DNA from: Schmidtea nova
Lineage: Eukaryota
Length of the DNA: 64,000 nucleotides
Reading direction: 5' to 3'
NCBI GenBank assembly: GCA_044892505.1
Contig: CM097883.1
Location: forward strand, 360,344,001 to 360,408,000
In this document: positions 58,960-64,000 of the stretch, piece by piece
Layout of the letters: each line of letters starts with the position of its first letter
Numbering within the stretch: position 1 is the first letter of the stretch
Notes under the pieces: model-generated
What the model saw: the letters and a program-made list of their open reading frames with translations, nothing else
The model's database searches: none
What the model was told of the DNA's origin: nothing
Translations under genes and position numbers: made by a program

Positions 58960-61471
58960 TCGCCCCTTCAATATTTAAGGAATCAGCAATTTCACTTTCA
59001 ATTGCAATAATTGATATTACTGAGACGTTCTTGAGTCATTGAAGTTCTCAGGTGGTTTTTGATTATTTTTAATTTTGAAAAACTTCGCTCTTCAGATGCA
59101 ACAGATACTGGAACTGTCAGTAAAAGTTTTAAACTTGTGGCGACATTTGGAAAAGAAGTCTCCAAGTTGTATTTGCATAAATATTTATGAGTTCTTCGGG
59201 CTGCTTTCTGTCTTTTATGATAATTTTTAGAGAAATTAACTCTTGATATAATTCTACGCCACTGATATCACAAGATTCACCATCTTTAAATTTATTATGG
59301 AGATCGAAACAACTTTTTTTATTTCCTCATGTTCCATATCAATAAATTTGTATAGAAATCCAAAACATTGTTCGAAATTCGACAAAGTTTCAAAACGGGT
59401 GGTAAGAGATGAAATAGCTGTATATAGTATTACACAGAAAAAATTAATTTGAAAATGTTCTTTTGGAGTAAATTGAATATCTTCATCTCCTTCATAGCTA
59501 AATTGTTTTTGGTGATGTTGGCGACGTACACTAATTTCAGCAGGAAAATCCGGTTCTGTTTCAAGTGCTTTACAAAGTTCATTAGAAATCTGCAAATAAT
59601 TTTCGAAACTTTCGTCATTTCTAATGCTTTTGAAAAATTTCAAAACTTCCTTAATTGATTCAGCACACGAACTGATATTCCAAGAAACTTTCTGCATCAT
59701 TTTGCTAATAAAATCTAACTTTTCCAAGATTTCGTACCATATTATTATTGAAGAAATAAATTTATAAGATTTAAGTTTCATTGCCAAACATTCAGCTTCA
59801 TGTCGAACTGTTGGCATTGAAGATTCCTCAGCTATTTCTATAAGGCTGTCATAAATTTCACCTAATTCATTTCGCAGTGGTCTAATCGCTTTAATTCTTG
59901 CTTCCCATCGAGTTTCACTAACTTGTTTCAATGTTAAAGATTTTACATTTTTCTTTAAAACTTGCCATCTAAATGGGGATCCACTGAAAAAGTTGTATAT
60001 TACAGATACATTACTGAAAAAATCCACCGTTGAAAACGAAACATTAGCTGCATCATTAATGGCCAAATTTAATGTATGCGCGTTGCATGGCATAAACAGA
60101 GCTCGTGGATAATTGTCCAAAATTCGTTTTTGCAATCCTTTATGTTTTCCGGACATATTAGACCCATTATCGTATCACTGGCCCCTCATATCGTTAATAT
60201 TTAATTCAAGATAGTTTAACTTTTGAATTAAGAAGTCGTAAAAAGATTCCAGTACATTTTTCAGCTTGATAAAAGCCAATGGAATTTTCTCTTACTTCAA
60301 CTTCATAATTTTTAATATGTACATACCTAATAATCATTGTAATTTGCTCGACATGTCCAGTGTCCGGCGTACAGTCCAAAATGACTGAAAAATATTTTGC
60401 CTCTTTTATTGATGTTAATATATATTTTTGAATTTGGGTTGCAAGGATAGTGATTATTTCATTTTGAAAGCGATTTCCCAGGTAATGTGGCATGTGGTTC
60501 TTTAAAGCGATTGGTTCTTGTTCGCGTTTTATGTGGTCTGCCATTATATCATCAAATTTTCCTATCATTTCAATTGCTTTCAGAAAATTTCCATTAATTT
60601 TTTCGTACAATTTGCTGGAAGAACCTCTAAAAGCTAAACACTGTCCTGCTAGAAATTGTACGACAGATATCATGCGCCTGACAATTTGACACCATCGTTT
60701 TTTCTCGGCGTCATAATACCGTTGCATATTCTTATCAATTGTAGTTTTTCTTTTTAAATTTAATTCCAATTTTTTCAAACAGGTGCAATTTTCGATGTGC
60801 AGCGATGTTTTTTCGTGACGAGATAAGTTGTCAGATATGTGTTGCCAATCGTTGAAGCCTTCATTAACTAATTTTATTTCTTGTTTGCCAAATAATTTAC
60901 AACAGAAGCAAAATGTGGCATCATTTTTTGGAGAATAGATTAACCACTCACGATTAAATTTTTCACCATTTGGCAGTTTTCTATAGAAATAAACCTTTGA
61001 AAATAATCTTCCAAATTCATTTAGTGGATATGTAGATGGTATATTTTGAATAGGGCCTTTTTCAATTAAAATATCCAGCATTTTATTGGTAAGTGTTAAA
61101 GGCCAGCAAGCTGAATCATTTAGTTCTATACACATAGCAAAATATTCTTCATCAATTTCAGTGATATCGTCGATATTTGTAACTGCAATATCTCCTATTT
61201 CATCATTACTACTAATATTGTCATTATCATTTGTATTTTCGGCAGATAATTCATTTTCATTGGAAAAAAATTCACTGCTTGGATTTGCTTGGCTACTGCA
61301 AGCATTTTGCATTTCTGGAGGTTTTTCCAAATATTTGGTTAGTGAACCAAAGATTTTTTTAGCAACATGTTGTTTTTCTTCTCGCTTTCTTTTATACTGT
61401 GCTCCAGACAATCTTTTCGTTTTTCTTCCAGTCATTCTTAAGCCTTTTACTAAAATGTTTAAAAATATCAA
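58960..61471 (-). pseudogene. Frameshifted hAT transposase
   Basis: WLIYS...FCFCCKLF (TTF zinc finger), FSVILDCTPD, PCNAHTLNL, TRWEAR, VASEERSFSKLKIIKNHLRTSM; split across at least three frames. Confidence 0.92.
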
Positions 61472-61719
61472 TAACGATTTATATTGAAATTAATTTATAA
61501 AATTAAATTCATTACCTTTTTCAACCTTTTGTAACAAAGCGTTGGGTGAGGCGGTGAGGGAATCTGCCCAAGCGCTTTCCGAGTTCGAATAGGGTTTTAT
61601 TGCCACGCAGCTGAGACGCTTGCCGTGCTATAGACAGACAGGTAAATCACATATTATAACACACACACATACACACGCTCCCAAATTACCTACAGCCAGG
61701 TAGAGGCTCTACCGTAGAG

Positions 61720-62684
61720 TACGGTGACCAGATTTCTTGATAGTGAATGTGGTACAGGGCGGTGGTTTTTCCAAAAATAAAAAAAAATATTAATTTATAT
61801 ATGACACATATTTATTGTATCACAAATTTATTTAAATTTAATAAAAATTAAGTAATTGTCAACAATTCATTCAATTAAGTAGAAGTAGAAAATAACATAA
61901 ATTAAATGTTATACTGTTACAGTACAGTATTTTAAATTCAAAATAATATAATTAAATAACAAAAATAAATAAAATAACATGTTTAACAACATTGCAATTC
62001 ACAGATATTTTTCGGCAGAATTTATCTTTTTCAAAATCTCATCGTTTTTTATAATATTGCCATAAAAACTATCACAATCATTAGAAAAATTACATTTCAC
62101 AATTAGTATTGCTTTTAACGTTTCTACTGATAATTGTGTTTTTTCAGAAGTCCAGATATTATTAACTAAAGAGAAAACTCTTTCTGTGGCAGCATTTGTA
62201 CCTGGCAAACACAATGAATATTCTACCAATTGTAAAACGTTTTTAAAAGGTACGTGTTCAGTCTCAAAATGCTGAAACATCTCTACCCATCTCATATCGG
62301 TTGTAATATTATTTTCAGTCCAATAATTTATTTTCGTTTCAGTTACATATTTTTTAATATAACTGATTTCATCAAATAATACGTTGTCATTAATTTCAAT
62401 ATCTGGAAAATTTTTCGAAACAAATTCATATGAACTTTGTAATTCTTGCCATTGTGGGCAAGTTTTAAGTAAAATCCATTTAAAAGTTTTAATGTTAGTA
62501 AAGTTTACTAACATTAAAACCCAGTAAACTTAAAACTTTTACAAAAAATGATTGATAATTTTTTAAATCGATATATTAATGAAATGACTTAAATGTGGTA
62601 CAAAATGTGGTGCAGTTGACAATGTTGGACGCCTGTTCAAAATGTTGTACTGTACCACACAATGTGGTACGTATGGTCACCGTA
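61720..62684 (-). mobile_element. Internally deleted hAT nested in the larger hAT
   Basis: TIR TACGGTGACCA; 8-bp TSD CCGTAGAG; ORF 61999-62514 has the dimerisation motif LPGTNAATERVFS. Confidence 0.9.
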
Positions 62685-63301
62685 CCGTAGAGCAACTGAA
62701 CACACGTGAAAGATGAATTTGCACTTTGCACTTGATTCTGATATGGCCTATGCCGAGCGCATGTGAGCGCATGCTGGCGCGTAGAACTCAGTAAGGTTAA
62801 AATCAGTTAGAATAAAGAGAGATGTACTCTGTTCATCGTGGGTTAAAAAGAGTGTTCATCTCTCTTTATTCTTACATCACGGAGTTCTATGCGGCCACTG
62901 CGCCAGCATGCGCTCGCCAATAAGCGCACAGAATAATATTCTGTGATAGGCGCAGCTAAAAAAATTTAGTACGCCATAGAGCGCAATGATAATGATTACA
63001 ATTGACGAATTGACAACAACACTCAACTATTTGACAATTTACTTCGATTATATATGACTATGACTATATATTAACATTGTTATTTTGCTTTTTAATTTTT
63101 TTTTGTTTTTCTGGTCGTCAGGCCGCCTTTTAATTTGGCCGCCAGCGTGCGGCGCACGTAATGAACGCCGGTCAGGCACGGCCCTGGTAAAATGAAAATG
63201 ATAATAAATTATGAAAATGGTTGTAGATTATATAGTATTCTAATATACGTAGAATTTATAGTGCATTAAAAATATTTTTCTAAATATTTTATTTTATTAA
63301 A

Positions 63302-63598
63302 TTGGTGGGTTGTTGACTGTCAATATGACCTTGACGTTGCTATGGCTCGTATCAACATTTGATTTTGTTTTCTGAGCTTGTCGACGGTCTCCTTGTCAGA
63401 CCACGTCGACTCCATGTCCCGACATCGCTCTCGGAACTTCTCCATCCGGGAAGTCATTGTTTGTAACGCGTCAGAGTTTGGTGTTTTCGCCTTTACTATC
63501 TCGGCGAAGCACTGATCTACCCGGCGATTATGTCGGGCATTTTCCAAGATCAATCGGTGCATTTCCTCAAATTTTTGTTCCAAGTTCATTTCTGACAT
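63302..63598 (-). repeat. Family F terminal block preceded by a 92-aa helical ORF
   Basis: 63302-63360 is the reverse complement of the F end; ORF 63320-63598 runs into it. Confidence 0.6.
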
Positions 63599-64000
63599 GC
63601 TCAGTGCGGCTTCCTAATGGGTTTTTCGGAAACAAAAATTAATTTTCTAGTTTTTTCCGATAAATTCTTGATGGGTCCGTTAACTGGAGCTCTCCTGATT
63701 AATTTTCTCTTTTTCTCGGAAAAAAAATAAAAATTGAAATGGTTCCTCCAAAATTCAAATTCTGACCAAATTGAAATTGAAATTCTGTAGATTTAAAAAT
63801 ACCAAAAATCTCAACCAAGTTCTGGACAAAATAAATTTTTCACAAATTCTGTAAATTTTAAAATACCAAGAAAAATTTCCACAAAATTCTGATCTTTTCC
63901 ATTCTGATGGCGGTATATATACCATCGATTTTGCGTTACCTTCACTAGTGTAATAAAACAAATTGTTCTAGAATTTTCTTTTTAATTTTTCTAAATTAAT

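Larger units (their letters stand above)
58349..63186 (-). mobile_element. hAT transposon (ZMYM1-like/DUF4371 type) with nested insertions
   Basis: TIR CAGGGGCGTGCCTG / CAGGCACGGCCCTG; 8-bp TSD GTAAAATG (58341-58348, 63187-63194). Confidence 0.9.

Overview
AT-rich, repeat-dense animal genomic DNA with spliceosomal introns and two N gaps. Host genes are sparse: the 3' end of B9D1 (1-317), a 3-exon gene with a U1A/U2B''-type RRM (26480-27429) and a COUP-TF-like nuclear receptor exon (53695-54159). Most of the rest is mobile DNA: an intact Buster hAT, three further hATs, two Merlin derivatives, two minimal hammerhead ribozymes, a TBP-fold pseudogene and two related unclassified repeat families (called E and F here). 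The standout is a young Ty3/Gypsy element (45488-53106, minus strand, 851-bp near-identical LTRs). Its first ORF starts inside the LTR and reads signal peptide - globular domain - S/T/N/Q-rich stalk - hydrophobic segment - ubiquitin-like domain ending in LYGG - acidic/basic linker. It is in frame with Gag, separated by a single TGA, and Gag has no ATG of its own. A second, decayed element (39560-42300) also appears to carry ubiquitin-like domains ahead of gag-like sequence. All assignments are by eye; no searches were run, and the organism cannot be identified from this window.
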